Notes: generated from the sequence alone by a model not told the origin. Positions 18,607 through 29,092 are shown, numbered from the stretch's first letter. The stretch is 64,000 nt of DNA from Pseudomonadota bacterium (GCA_043825875.1 JBDRRF010000079.1:160001-224000), one strand, 5' to 3'. A program made the numbers and translations.

Positions 18607-20084
18607 GTAATGTTTCAGGAATCATAAAATCCATTCAGGACATTATGCGAAAAGATGTTGGTGTCGATGGTGATGCTCAGAGAATCAGCCAGTTGGTGTG
18701 GATGTTTTTTCTAAAAATCTTTGATGACCGGGAAAAAGAACTCGAATTACTCGAAGAAAACTATAAATCACCATTACCGGAGCATTTGCGTTGGAGAACC
18801 TGGGCAAAAGATCCGGAAGGCATGACCGGTGAAGCGTTGGCAGATTTTGTTAACTCACAGCTTTTTCTGCACCTAAAGAACAAACTCAATACACTAGGCC
18901 CGGCAGGTAAACGCGCATTGGTTGTGCGCGATCTTTTTGAAGACGCATACAACTATATGAAATCAGGCACATTGATGCGCCAGGTGATAAATAAAATCTG
19001 TGAGATAGACTTCAACACACAAAAAGACCGCCACACTTTCGGAAGCATTTACGAACAAATACTTAAAGATCTGCAAAGCGCAGGCAATGCCGGAGAGTTC
19101 TATACTCCCCGTGCTGTCACGCAGTTTATAGTAGACAGAGTAGATCCGAAATTAGACGAAACTGTACTTGATCCGGCTTGCGGTACCGGCGGATTTTTAA
19201 CCTGCACCATAGATCATAAACGCAAGCATTATGTGAAAACAGCAGCAGATGAAGAAATACTACAAACCTCCATCCGTGGTGTTGATAAAAAATCACTGCC
19301 CCATATGCTCTGTGTTACAAATATGATACTGCATGGAATTGACACACCAACCAATATAAAACATGACAACACATTGAGCCGTCCTTTGCGTGACTATACC
19401 AAAAAAGACCGCGTAAATGTAATTGTTACCAACCCGCCATTTGGTGGTATGGAAGAAGATGGCATAGAAAACAACTTCCCTGCAACATTTCGCACCCGTG
19501 AAACTGCCGATCTGTTTGTAACGCTGATTATCAATTTACTAAAAGATAATGGTCGTGCCGCTGTAGTACTGCCGGACGGCTTTTTCTTCGGCGAAGGCAT
19601 GAAAACCCGGCTCAAGGAAAAACTGCTGGCGGAATGCAACCTGCACACTATTGTCCGGTTGCCTAACGGTGTATTTAGTCCTTACACCGGTATAAAAACC
19701 AACCTGTTGTTTTTCACTAAAGGTAAGCCTACAGAGTATATCTGGTATTATGAACATCCATACCCGGAGGGAGTGAAAAGCTATAACAAAACCAAGCCAA
19801 TGCGTTTTGAAGAGTTTCAGACAGAAATCGACTGGTGGGGAGATGAGGCCGATGGCTTTGCCTCAAGAGTGGAAACTGATCAGGCCTGGAAAGTCTCAAT
19901 CGAGGACATCAAAGCACGAAATTACAACCTGGATATAAAAAACCCGCATGTCAGCGAACAAGTTATCCATGATCCGGATGAACTGCTCGCAAAGTATGCC
20001 AAACAGCAACAGGAAATTTCCAGTTTGCGAAATCAGCTTAAAACCATTCTGGCAGAGGCGCTAAACGGTGGTGGAGCAGCTTAG
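18603..20084 (+). CDS. hsdM: Type I R-M N6-adenine methyltransferase
   Basis: GEFYTPR, DPACGTGGFL and NPPFGG; start overlaps the hsdR stop. Confidence 0.96.
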   Translation: MSNVSGIIKSIQDIMRKDVGVDGDAQRISQLVWMFFLKIFDDREKELELLEENYKSPLPEHLRWRTWAKDPEGMTGEALADFVNSQLFLHLKNKLNTLGPAGKRALVVRDLFEDAYNYMKSGTLMRQVINKICEIDFNTQKDRHTFGSIYEQILKDLQSAGNAGEFYTPRAVTQFIVDRVDPKLDETVLDPACGTGGFLTCTIDHKRKHYVKTAADEEILQTSIRGVDKKSLPHMLCVTNMILHGIDTPTNIKHDNTLSRPLRDYTKKDRVNVIVTNPPFGGMEEDGIENNFPATFRTRETADLFVTLIINLLKDNGRAAVVLPDGFFFGEGMKTRLKEKLLAECNLHTIVRLPNGVFSPYTGIKTNLLFFTKGKPTEYIWYYEHPYPEGVKSYNKTKPMRFEEFQTEIDWWGDEADGFASRVETDQAWKVSIEDIKARNYNLDIKNPHVSEQVIHDPDELLAKYAKQQQEISSLRNQLKTILAEALNGGGAA

Positions 20085-20086
20085 AA

Positions 20087-21706
20087 ATGGTAAATTTGAT
20101 AGCCGAAAATATTGATATCTGGAGTGTCGCGCAGGCACACAAGACCAACGGTGGCAGAGGGCGTGGGAATAATTCTAATGGTCAAAGTCCTCATGGTATA
20201 AAGAAACTGCGGGAACTGATTTTAGAGCTTGCTGTACGCGGGAAACTCGTATCCCAAGATCCTAATGATGAACCTGCCAGCTTGCTTTTAGAAAAAATCG
20301 CTAAAGAAAAAGCACGGTTGGTAAAAGAAGGTAAAATTAAAAAACAAAACCCTTTTCCGAAAATCAGTGAAGACGAAATGCTGTTTAAGCTTCCAATTGG
20401 ATGGGAGTGGTTTCGTGCTGGTGATGTATTTGATTTCAAATATGGGAAAGCTTTACCCGCAAAAAGCCGTGATGATTCTGGTGAGGTAGATGTTTATGGA
20501 TCGAATGGCGTTGTTGGTAAGTATACAGAAGCATTTATAGATGAACCAAGCATCATAATCGGTAGGAAAGGATCAGCAGGAGCCCTAAATAAAGCCCTTC
20601 GACCTTCTTGGACTACAGATGTCGCATACTTTGTAGTTCCTCCGATAGGCTTTGATTTCGATTACACATTTTTAATTCTTCAAGCTTTACGGCTGGATTT
20701 GCTTGGAAAGGGTATTAAACCGGGTTTAAACAGGAATGAAGCATATGTGCTTGTGGCTGCACTCCCCCCGCTTGCTGAACAACACCGCATAGTCGCTAAA
20801 GTCGATGAACTAATGGCGCTTTGTGACAAACTGGAACAGCAACAAACCGACAGCAACACCGTCCACCAAACCTTGGCGGAAACCCTGCTCACCACACTTA
20901 CCAGTGCCGCTGGTCAAGATGAGTTTGCCGAGGCATGGCAACGCATCGCCAACAACTTCGATACCATCTTCACCACCGGACACAGCATCGACAAACTCAA
21001 ACAAACCATCCTCCAACTCGCCGTCATGGGTAAACTTGTTCCTCAAGATCCCAACGACGAACCTGCCAGCATACTTTTAGAAAAAATCGCCAAAGAAAAA
21101 CCCCGGCTCATTAAAGAAGGCAAAATAAAAAAACAAAATCCGCTACCGGAAATCAGTGAAGACGAAAAGCCGTTTGAATTGCCTAATGGGTGGGAGTGGG
21201 TTAGGCTTCAGCAAATTATACAAATTTCTTCTGGTGATGGGCTTATTGCTGCAAATATGAACAATGAGGGCGGAATTCCTGTTTTTGGTGGTAATGGTAT
21301 AACAGGATATCACGATCAGGCTAATGTAAATAAGCCTACTTTGGTGGTCGGTAGGGTGGGTTTTCATTGCGGGTCTATTCACATAACGCCAGCGTCTGCA
21401 TGGGTTACGGATAATGCGTTTAAAACAACATTCTCAGAAAAAAAAATATATATAAATTTTTTATTTTGGCTTCTTAAAGGTACAAACCTAAAAGAAAATG
21501 AAAATGCTACAGCACAGCCAGTTATTTCAGGTCGTAAGGTTTATCCAATTGTTGTAGGCTTGCCCCCAACAGCCGAACAACACCGCATCGTCGCCAAAGT
21601 CGATAAACTCATGGCTATCTGTGATGCTCTCAAGGCTCGGTTGATAGACGCCCAAACCACCCAGATCCAATTGGCCGACGCCATTGTTGAACAGGCGGTA
21701 GCATGA
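20087..21706 (+). CDS. hsdS: Type I R-M specificity subunit
   Basis: Two TRDs with repeated conserved regions LAVxGKLVxQDPNDEPAS, LPxGWEW and PPxAEQHRIVAKVD. Confidence 0.95.
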   Translation: MVNLIAENIDIWSVAQAHKTNGGRGRGNNSNGQSPHGIKKLRELILELAVRGKLVSQDPNDEPASLLLEKIAKEKARLVKEGKIKKQNPFPKISEDEMLFKLPIGWEWFRAGDVFDFKYGKALPAKSRDDSGEVDVYGSNGVVGKYTEAFIDEPSIIIGRKGSAGALNKALRPSWTTDVAYFVVPPIGFDFDYTFLILQALRLDLLGKGIKPGLNRNEAYVLVAALPPLAEQHRIVAKVDELMALCDKLEQQQTDSNTVHQTLAETLLTTLTSAAGQDEFAEAWQRIANNFDTIFTTGHSIDKLKQTILQLAVMGKLVPQDPNDEPASILLEKIAKEKPRLIKEGKIKKQNPLPEISEDEKPFELPNGWEWVRLQQIIQISSGDGLIAANMNNEGGIPVFGGNGITGYHDQANVNKPTLVVGRVGFHCGSIHITPASAWVTDNAFKTTFSEKKIYINFLFWLLKGTNLKENENATAQPVISGRKVYPIVVGLPPTAEQHRIVAKVDKLMAICDALKARLIDAQTTQIQLADAIVEQAVA

Positions 21707-21806
21707 TATTCCTGTGCTTAGACAATAGCGTAAACTTCTTTTACAGCAAATTCTGGACTCTGATAGCTGAAGTAAAAGCAATTACTGGGAATAATGGAAG
21801 CGGATT

Positions 21807-23258
21807 ATGAATCTAAAAGAATTAAAAAAACTGGTAGCATCCGGGGAATCCGACCGGATTGAATTTAAATCCACAACCGGGCAGCGCACACAGGCCATGA
21901 AAACAGTTTGCGGGATGTTAAATGGTTTTGGGGGTTTTGTCTTTTTTGGTGTATCCGACAAAGGCGAACTTATCGGCCAGGATGTTACCGCCAAAACGAT
22001 GGCCGATGTCTCGGCCGAGCTTAACCGTCTTGATCCGCCAGCATTTCCTGATATTGAAACAGTTACGCTGGAAAACGGAAAGGCAGTGATCATATTGAGA
22101 GTCCCCGGTGGTGGCGGACTTTATACTTATGATGGACGCTCCTATATCCGCAGTGACCCTACAACAAGCATCATGCCAAAAGCCGAATATGAACGCAGAT
22201 TAATTGAACGGTTGCATGCAACCCGTCGATGGGAAAACGAGCCGTCAGCAAAAGGGGTTACAATTAAAGATCTTGATCAGGATGAAATCCAACTGACATT
22301 GGCAAATACAATTGATGCCGGCCGGATGGAGCGGCCAAGAAAGACCGATACAAAATCAATTCTTACAGGACTTGGACTTATTATTGATGGCATACTTACA
22401 AATGCTGCGGTTGTTCTTTTTGGAAAGAGTCGCAGACTGGAATCACTCTATCCACAGTGTTTAATCCAATTGGCGAGATTTCGGGGCACAGACCGTCTTT
22501 CTGATTTCGCCGATAACCGGCAATATTGGGGGAATGCTTTCAGTCTTCTTCAAAAAGCTGAATCATTCTTTAAAGATCATATCCCGATTGCAGGAAAAGT
22601 ACTTCCTGACAAATTTAAACGTCAGGACCGTCCACTCTTTCACCCCCGTGCTTTTCGGGAAGCATTGGCAAATGCATTTTGCCATCGGGATTATGCGGTG
22701 CCCGGTGCATCGATATCTGTTGCTATTTATGATGACCGGATGGAAATCATTAACCCCGGCGCCCTTCATTTCGGCATTACTCCGAAATCATTATTTCATC
22801 CGCATGAATCCAGGCCATGGAATCCCATTATCGCAAACGTTTTTTACCGGGCTGGAATTATTGAAAAGTGGGGAACAGGCACATTAAATATTATCGAATG
22901 GTGTAAAGAAAACGGGAACCCACTTCCGGAATGGAATATGAGTTCGGGTTCTGTTGCGCTGATATTCAAACCATTAGTTGCCAAAGTTGCAAGAAAACCC
23001 GAGGCGCAGCCCGAGTCACAGCCCGAGTCACAGCCCGAGTCATTGCGTGACAGGATAATTCATTTGCTTTCAAATGATATGCTTTCAAAATCAGAAATTT
23101 CAAACCAATTAGGCCAGAAACAGATTTCCGGACAGCTTAAAAAAATCTTGATTGAGCTAATTAATGAGGGTGTCTTGTCGTTTACGATACCAGATAAACC
23201 GAAAAGCCGGTTGCAAAAATATAAATTAATAAAAAAGACAAAGATCAAAAATAAATAA
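21807..23258 (+). CDS. Schlafen/AlbA_2 + HATPase_c_4 + wHTH protein (RecG-C-terminal-like family)
   Basis: GESDRIEFKS and MLNGFGG (AlbA_2); REALANAFCHRDY, INPG and IEKWGTG (HATPase_c_4); PDKPKSRLQKY tail. Confidence 0.85.
   Translation: MNLKELKKLVASGESDRIEFKSTTGQRTQAMKTVCGMLNGFGGFVFFGVSDKGELIGQDVTAKTMADVSAELNRLDPPAFPDIETVTLENGKAVIILRVPGGGGLYTYDGRSYIRSDPTTSIMPKAEYERRLIERLHATRRWENEPSAKGVTIKDLDQDEIQLTLANTIDAGRMERPRKTDTKSILTGLGLIIDGILTNAAVVLFGKSRRLESLYPQCLIQLARFRGTDRLSDFADNRQYWGNAFSLLQKAESFFKDHIPIAGKVLPDKFKRQDRPLFHPRAFREALANAFCHRDYAVPGASISVAIYDDRMEIINPGALHFGITPKSLFHPHESRPWNPIIANVFYRAGIIEKWGTGTLNIIEWCKENGNPLPEWNMSSGSVALIFKPLVAKVARKPEAQPESQPESQPESLRDRIIHLLSNDMLSKSEISNQLGQKQISGQLKKILIELINEGVLSFTIPDKPKSRLQKYKLIKKTKIKNK
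22998..23042 (+). repeat. In-frame 12-bp tandem repeat (CAGCCCGAGTCA) encoding QPES
   Basis: cccgaggcg followed by cagcccgagtca x3. Confidence 0.9.
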
Positions 23259-23381
23259 AATATTTTTTGCCGTCATAGCTTCTGCTGAAACAACATATGA
23301 ATACACAACAGGAAACAGGAGTTTTATGTTTATTGAAAAAAGCGCATTATCTTCTGATATGACGGCGCAAGAGGTATAACC

Positions 23382-24419
23382 ATGAACAACCAAAACCTGC
23401 CCGAAAAAACCGAGTTTCTGCTTTATCAAACAGAAGACGGCCGCATCCGCATTGAAACTCGTATGCAGGATGAAACGGTTTGGCTTTCCATTGGCCAAAT
23501 GGTCGAACTTTTTGGGGTAGATAAGTCGGGTATAAGCCGTCACCTCAAAAATATCTTTGAAACCCAAGAATTAGATAGGGATTCAGTTGTTGCAATTTTT
23601 GCAACAACTGCTGCAGACGGGAAAACCTATCAGGTTGATCATTATAATCTGGATGCTATCATCTCCGTTGGCTACCGTGTAAACAGCATTCGCGGCACCA
23701 AATTTCGCATATGGGCGACTCAGCGTTTGCGGGAATACATCATAAAAGGCTTTGCCATGGATGATGAACGCCTTAAACAAGGCGGAGGCGGTAATTACTT
23801 TGATGAGCTTCTTGCCCGAATTCGTGATATCCGTTCTTCCGAAAAGATGTTCTGGCGAAAGGTGCTCGATATTTATGCCACCAGTATTGATTACGATCCA
23901 AGGGCTGACATGTCTAAAGAATTTTTCAAAGTTATTCAGAATAAAATGCACTGGGCCACCCATGGCAGAACAGCGGCGGAAGTGATTTACGACAGAGCTG
24001 ATGCTTCTAAGGATAATATGGGAATGACTAATTGGGTGGGAACAAAAATCCGTAAGAACGAAGTCGAAATCGCCAAAAACTACCTGAGCGAAGATGAGCT
24101 TGATATCTTAAACCGCATTGTGAATATGTATCTCGAATTTGCGGAACTTCAGGCAATTAATCGTAAACCTATGACTATGCTGGGTTGGATTAACAAGCTG
24201 GATGATTTTCTCAAACTTACCGGAAGGGATATTCTCACCCATGCAGGGAAAATCGATCATGATACAGCACTGCAAAAAGCACATGAGGAATATGAAAAAT
24301 TTCGGTTGGTTCAACTTTCGTCACCAACCGAGGTGGAAAAGCACTTTATCGAAGCGGAAAAGGAATTGAAGCAGATCAAGACAACTGCAAAAAAGAAAAG
24401 CAAGAATAGCAAAGTGTAG
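23382..24419 (+). CDS. Virulence RhuM family protein
   Basis: ETVWLS, SRHLKNIF, YNLDAIISVGYRVNS, FRIWAT, IRDIRSSEK, QNKMHWA, IAKNYL. Confidence 0.93.
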   Translation: MNNQNLPEKTEFLLYQTEDGRIRIETRMQDETVWLSIGQMVELFGVDKSGISRHLKNIFETQELDRDSVVAIFATTAADGKTYQVDHYNLDAIISVGYRVNSIRGTKFRIWATQRLREYIIKGFAMDDERLKQGGGGNYFDELLARIRDIRSSEKMFWRKVLDIYATSIDYDPRADMSKEFFKVIQNKMHWATHGRTAAEVIYDRADASKDNMGMTNWVGTKIRKNEVEIAKNYLSEDELDILNRIVNMYLEFAELQAINRKPMTMLGWINKLDDFLKLTGRDILTHAGKIDHDTALQKAHEEYEKFRLVQLSSPTEVEKHFIEAEKELKQIKTTAKKKSKNSKV

Positions 24420-24509
24420 CGCAAAAAGCATCAAAAATACATCTTCCTCTTTATCAAGAATGACGGAACCATCAAAATTTGATTTAATATTCTTTAAAGG
24501 TCTTAGTGT

Positions 24510-27017
24510 ATGACCGGCAACATATATTATCGCCCCATTATCCCGCTTTTGCTATCGTTGATAACAGGCATATCATGCGGCCTCCTTTTGCCAGGCTACA
24601 GCTTATGGGCATATTTTTTTACAGCTTCTTGTTTTGTATTTCTACTCATAAAAATTATCAGAAAAAAATCAGCCGTTTTTCTTCCGATCATTTTGTTTAT
24701 CTTTCTTGGCTACCTTTCAATCCAGCCCTGGCTTTGTGACAAAATTTCTCCTTCTAACATATCTTATTATGCCGACAGTGCCCCTATAAATATATCCGGC
24801 CGGGTAATCGAAAACCCAGAAATAAAAAATAACAGACTTTCATTTGTGCTTCTTGCTAAACAAATAGAAGATAAAGGAAATAATTTTCCCGTATCAGGCA
24901 AGATAAACGTTAAGGTATTTAAAAGTCTTCCTGATATATCGGCAGGCGATAGTGTTTGGTTTAAAAGCAGAATCAGATCCATAAGAAATTTTAATAACCC
25001 AGGAGGTTTTGATTATAAAAGGTATATGAGCTTTAAAGGCATAAGCGGTATTGCTTATGTTTCCGGAGATAAGATAAGAATAGAAAAAGAAGAGAAAAAT
25101 ATAACAGGAACACAGTTAATCGAAAATGCGCGTAAAAAGTTTTCAGTATTAATCGATAATACCGTTCCTGCCGCAGAGGCCGGAGTTTTAAAGGCACTTA
25201 TAATAGGAGATAAAAGTTTTATTTCCAAAAAAATACGTGAGGATTTCAACCGTACCGGAACAAGCCATGTATTGGCTATTTCAGGTCTTCATGTAGGAAT
25301 TGTTGCAGCTGTATGCTTTCTGCTTTTTAAGACTATACTTTCTTATTCCAATTTATTTCTATGGAATGCATGGACAAAAAAGGGCGCTGCAATTTTATCT
25401 TTGTTTCCTGTCATACTTTACGGGCTGATTGCAGGGATGTCGCCTTCAACTCAGCGGGCGGTTATCATGGTTTCGGTTTTTCTTATAAGTTTTTTTATAG
25501 AAAAAGATCAGGATGCAATAAATACTCTTGCTGTTGCTGCATTGCTGATACTTGCTTTTTATCCCCCGTCACTTTTTATGATATCTTTTCAACTTTCCTT
25601 TATATCGGTTTTTTTCATTATTCTTGGAATGAACTATACGATTTACAGGAAAAACAAAAAAAGCGAATATGATAAAGGCTGGCTTTCCGGCATAAAAAGA
25701 AAAACCGCTGCTTTTTTTCTTGTTTCATTCTTTGCGATAATAGGCACTTTACCTCTTGTAATGTATTACTTTAATCAGATTTCATTAGTCGGTCTTGTTA
25801 CAAATTGTATCGCCGTGCCATTGATTGGATTTGTGGCTGTGCCTGCCGGACTTCTTTCTTTTTTTATTTATCCCATAAGCAGCATTTTTTCTATGTGGCT
25901 TCTAAAGGCAGCTTCAGCAGTTTTGGAAATTGCTCTTGGCCTTATTAAATATTTTGCAGATTTGCCTTTTGCAGCTCTTAAAACCATAACACCATCTATC
26001 TTTGAAATAGTGTGGTACTATTTACTTTTATTTACGCTTTTTGTGATTTTAAAAAGAATAGTAATAAGAAAAGAAACAATAAAAAGCAGCACTATCCTTG
26101 AATCAATCAGATTAAGAGCGCCTTTAATTGCATTAATATTTCTGATAATTGCGGGATACGCCAATTCATGGTACTGGCTTGATAAAAGATTTTTACACAA
26201 AGATTTGAAAGTTACGGTTATTGATGTAGGCCAGGGAACTTCTTCTCTTCTTGAACTTCCGGGCGGCTATAATGTTCTTGTTGACGGAGGCGGATTTTCA
26301 GATAATTCAGTATTTGACGTGGGGCGTTATATATTAGCTCCCTTCTTATGGAAAAAGAAAATAAATACTGTGGATACCCTTGTTCTTTCGCATATAGACA
26401 GTGATCATTTAAACGGTCTTTTATATATTGCCAAAAATTTTCATGTAAAAGAAGTATGGTCAAATGGTGAAGCAAAAGATAGTCTTGGATATAAAAATTT
26501 TCTTGAGATTATAAGAAAGAAAAATATAAAAATGCAGGATTATAGCGATATAAATAAAGGAAAAACCATAAACGGTGTGATGTTTAAAATACTGTATCCT
26601 GAAGCAGGATTTATGGAGAAAAAAGATACATGGAGAAAAGGTGATAACAGTTCACTTGTTTTAAAAACAGTATTTGGCACAAAATCGTTTCTCTTTACAG
26701 GAGATATAAAGGCCAAAGGAGAAGCTGACCTTATAAGAGCTGCCGATGAATTACTTAAAAGTACTGTTGTCATCGTACCTCACCACGGAAGTAAATCTTC
26801 CAGCTCACAAAAGTTTATTGATAAAGTAAATCCGGAAATTGCTATTATATCAGCTGGCTGGAAAAACAGATACAAACTCCCAAGTCCGGTGATACTTGAT
26901 AGATATGAAAAAAGAATGTGCAATATATACCGCACAGATGAAAACGGAGCTATAGAAATGTCAACAGATGGGAAAGAATTGATGATAACGCCATCAATTG
27001 GCAAAGTAGAATCATAA
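24510..27017 (+). CDS. comEC: DNA internalization competence protein ComEC/Rec2
   Basis: NPGGFDY, SHVLAISGLHVG, SFQLSF, DVGQG, SHIDSDHLNG and PHHGS metallo-beta-lactamase motifs. Confidence 0.96.
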   Translation: MTGNIYYRPIIPLLLSLITGISCGLLLPGYSLWAYFFTASCFVFLLIKIIRKKSAVFLPIILFIFLGYLSIQPWLCDKISPSNISYYADSAPINISGRVIENPEIKNNRLSFVLLAKQIEDKGNNFPVSGKINVKVFKSLPDISAGDSVWFKSRIRSIRNFNNPGGFDYKRYMSFKGISGIAYVSGDKIRIEKEEKNITGTQLIENARKKFSVLIDNTVPAAEAGVLKALIIGDKSFISKKIREDFNRTGTSHVLAISGLHVGIVAAVCFLLFKTILSYSNLFLWNAWTKKGAAILSLFPVILYGLIAGMSPSTQRAVIMVSVFLISFFIEKDQDAINTLAVAALLILAFYPPSLFMISFQLSFISVFFIILGMNYTIYRKNKKSEYDKGWLSGIKRKTAAFFLVSFFAIIGTLPLVMYYFNQISLVGLVTNCIAVPLIGFVAVPAGLLSFFIYPISSIFSMWLLKAASAVLEIALGLIKYFADLPFAALKTITPSIFEIVWYYLLLFTLFVILKRIVIRKETIKSSTILESIRLRAPLIALIFLIIAGYANSWYWLDKRFLHKDLKVTVIDVGQGTSSLLELPGGYNVLVDGGGFSDNSVFDVGRYILAPFLWKKKINTVDTLVLSHIDSDHLNGLLYIAKNFHVKEVWSNGEAKDSLGYKNFLEIIRKKNIKMQDYSDINKGKTINGVMFKILYPEAGFMEKKDTWRKGDNSSLVLKTVFGTKSFLFTGDIKAKGEADLIRAADELLKSTVVIVPHHGSKSSSSQKFIDKVNPEIAIISAGWKNRYKLPSPVILDRYEKRMCNIYRTDENGAIEMSTDGKELMITPSIGKVES

Positions 27018-27072
27018 TGCTTGTGAAATATTTACAACTGCAAAGTTCATTTACGCTAGCGAGGCAAAGAAA

Positions 27073-27864
27073 TTGAGCGATATGAAAAATGTACTTGAGG
27101 ATCTTTATTGCAGATATAACAAAAGAGAATATGTACATCCTGATCCTCTCGAGTTTCTCTATAATTACAGTGAAATCAGGGACAGAGAAATTGCAGGATT
27201 TATTGCTTCATCGCTTGCATATGGAAGGGTTGCACAGATCTTAAAAAGTGTTTCTTCCGTTCTCGATAAAATGGGGCCTTCTCCTTACTCATTTTTAGTG
27301 AATTCAAAACCCACAGATATTAAAAAAAATTTTAAAGGTTTCAAGCACAGGTTTGCTGATGATAGAAATCTCTATGCTGCATTGATCGGCTTAAAATATA
27401 TTCTTATGGAGTACGGGTCATTGTACGACTGTTTTCTAAAAGGAATAAAAGAAAATGATGAAACCATCCTTGGCAGTATGGAGTTTTTTGCAAAAAAAAT
27501 TGTTTCGGGTTGCAATGCCAGCCCCGGACATCTTGTTCCGGTAGTGGAAAAAGGAAGCGCCTGCAAAAGACTTCATCTATTTTTGCGCTGGATGGTTCGA
27601 AAAGATGATGTTGATCCGGGAGGTTGGGATATGATATCGTCTTCAATGCTTATTATCCCGCTTGATGTTCACATGCATAAAATTGGGCGGCTGTTTGGTT
27701 TTACAAACAGAAAGCAGGCGGATATTTTAACGGCTCTTGAGATTACATCCGGTTTCAGAAAGCTTGTTTTTGAAGATCCCGTTAAATATGATTTTACATT
27801 AACCCGCTTCGGGATAAGAGATGATATGGATATTGACAGCTTATTGAAAGAATGCCATCTTTAG
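27073..27864 (+). CDS. TIGR02757/DUF2400 family protein
   Basis: HPDPLEF, LAYGRV, SACKRLHLFLRWMVR, PLDVH, DPVKYDF. Confidence 0.92.
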   Translation: MSDMKNVLEDLYCRYNKREYVHPDPLEFLYNYSEIRDREIAGFIASSLAYGRVAQILKSVSSVLDKMGPSPYSFLVNSKPTDIKKNFKGFKHRFADDRNLYAALIGLKYILMEYGSLYDCFLKGIKENDETILGSMEFFAKKIVSGCNASPGHLVPVVEKGSACKRLHLFLRWMVRKDDVDPGGWDMISSSMLIIPLDVHMHKIGRLFGFTNRKQADILTALEITSGFRKLVFEDPVKYDFTLTRFGIRDDMDIDSLLKECHL

Positions 27865-27879
27865 CCAACAAGACAAAGC

Positions 27880-28095
27880 ATGGAGACCGATATGACAATA
27901 GATCGCATGATTTTGGCTTTTGCCGGAAGTTTTATTCTAATCAGTTTGCTTTTATCCTATCTTTTCAGCCCTTACTGGCTCTGGTTTACTGCGTTTGTCG
28001 GGGCTAATCTTCTGCAATCGGCTTTTACAGGCTTTTGTCCTATGGCCAAAATATTAAAACTGTTCGGCGTAAAAGCTGGAATAGCTTTTAAATAG
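27880..28095 (+). CDS. DUF2892 (YgaP-like) small membrane protein (probable start ATG 27892)
   Basis: [22 protein letters not shown] motif. Confidence 0.9.
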   Translation: METDMTIDRMILAFAGSFILISLLLSYLFSPYWLWFTAFVGANLLQSAFTGFCPMAKILKLFGVKAGIAFK

Positions 28096-28262
28096 CATGC
28101 AGCTTTTTTTCTATTGATTTAATTAAGGCAAAGTGTTAGCGAAATTTTTTGTAGTGTTGTTCATTATACAATTTGTATCATTATGGTATTTTATGAAAAA
28201 AAATAATCCGATACCACATTTTATTTTATTACAAATTCTAAAGGATTTGATATGACCGGATA

Positions 28263-28315
28263 CAACAAAAGCCCCAATCTTCATACAATTGAAGCAAGGG
28301 GTTTTTGTTTTTTTT
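28263..28315 (+). terminator. Terminator-like hairpin
   Basis: acaaaagcccc...ggggtttttgt followed by a T-tract. Confidence 0.55.
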
Positions 28316-28438
28316 AAATTAACTTAACTTTTTCCATAAATTATTTATAATCTGATTTTACGCATGCGATCACATTGATCATCGTCAAGTTTTTAGAAAA
28401 AAAATAAACTTTCAGGCAGAAAATCGGAGTATACACGG

Positions 28439-29092
28439 ATGAATGATATGCCAATTAATAAAATAAAATTTGTTTTTATTATTATATCTTTTTTTTGTAT
28501 TTTTAGAGTATCTGCAGCATGGCCTTTTACTTTTTCTGAGTATGAAAAAGAAGATAGTTCCGGAATTGCTGCTGAAAATATTTCCGTTGATTTAAAAAAT
28601 GAACTTAAATGTCTTAAAAATAAAAAAATTGCTGTTATGATCGGTGAAGAGGTTATCGAAGGCAGGTATAAAATAAAATCAAGCTCAAGCAGCCACCTTG
28701 TGGAAGCATTAAACGAACAGTTAAATCAACTGGGCTTAAAAACATATACGCCTGAAGAAATTAACAGCCAGATAGTAAAAGCCGAACAGGAAGCTTTTCT
28801 ATCAAATGATATTGATGCCGCAGTAAGTGCCGCAACGAGGCTGAGCGCAAAATATTTTTTAAAAGGTTTAATATCGACAAAAACACAAAAAAATCCCGTA
28901 ATCGGTATCGATGAAATCTTTCTTACTCTTAGCCTGACAGTTGTTGACGCAAAAGGAAGAAATCTGGCTTCAGGTATACTAAGTGATGCGGTTTTTTCAG
29001 ACTCAAATACTACAGCTACCGCACTTAAACTGGTCAGAACAAACTCAGCCGGTTTAATTTCGGATCTTTTCGAAGGGGTTTGCAGTAAATAA
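28439..29092 (+). CDS. Secreted hypothetical protein (CsgG/TolB-N-like alpha/beta fold suspected)
   Basis: Signal peptide ending VSA-A; first gene of a three-gene operon. Confidence 0.65.
   Translation: MNDMPINKIKFVFIIISFFCIFRVSAAWPFTFSEYEKEDSSGIAAENISVDLKNELKCLKNKKIAVMIGEEVIEGRYKIKSSSSSHLVEALNEQLNQLGLKTYTPEEINSQIVKAEQEAFLSNDIDAAVSAATRLSAKYFLKGLISTKTQKNPVIGIDEIFLTLSLTVVDAKGRNLASGILSDAVFSDSNTTATALKLVRTNSAGLISDLFEGVCSK

Noticed and set aside
13962..24509. Prophage or ICE
   Set aside because: No integrase, tRNA, att repeats, structural or conjugation genes seen.
27021..27037. Rex-like palindrome TTGTGAA-ata-TTTACAA
   Set aside because: One base short of the 18-bp consensus and located inside the comEC operon before a non-energy gene.
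28126..28140. Possible sigma54 site AGGCAAAGTGTTAGC upstream of the CsgG-like operon
   Set aside because: GG-N10-GC spacing only; flanking consensus (TGGCAC, TTGC) is poorly matched.
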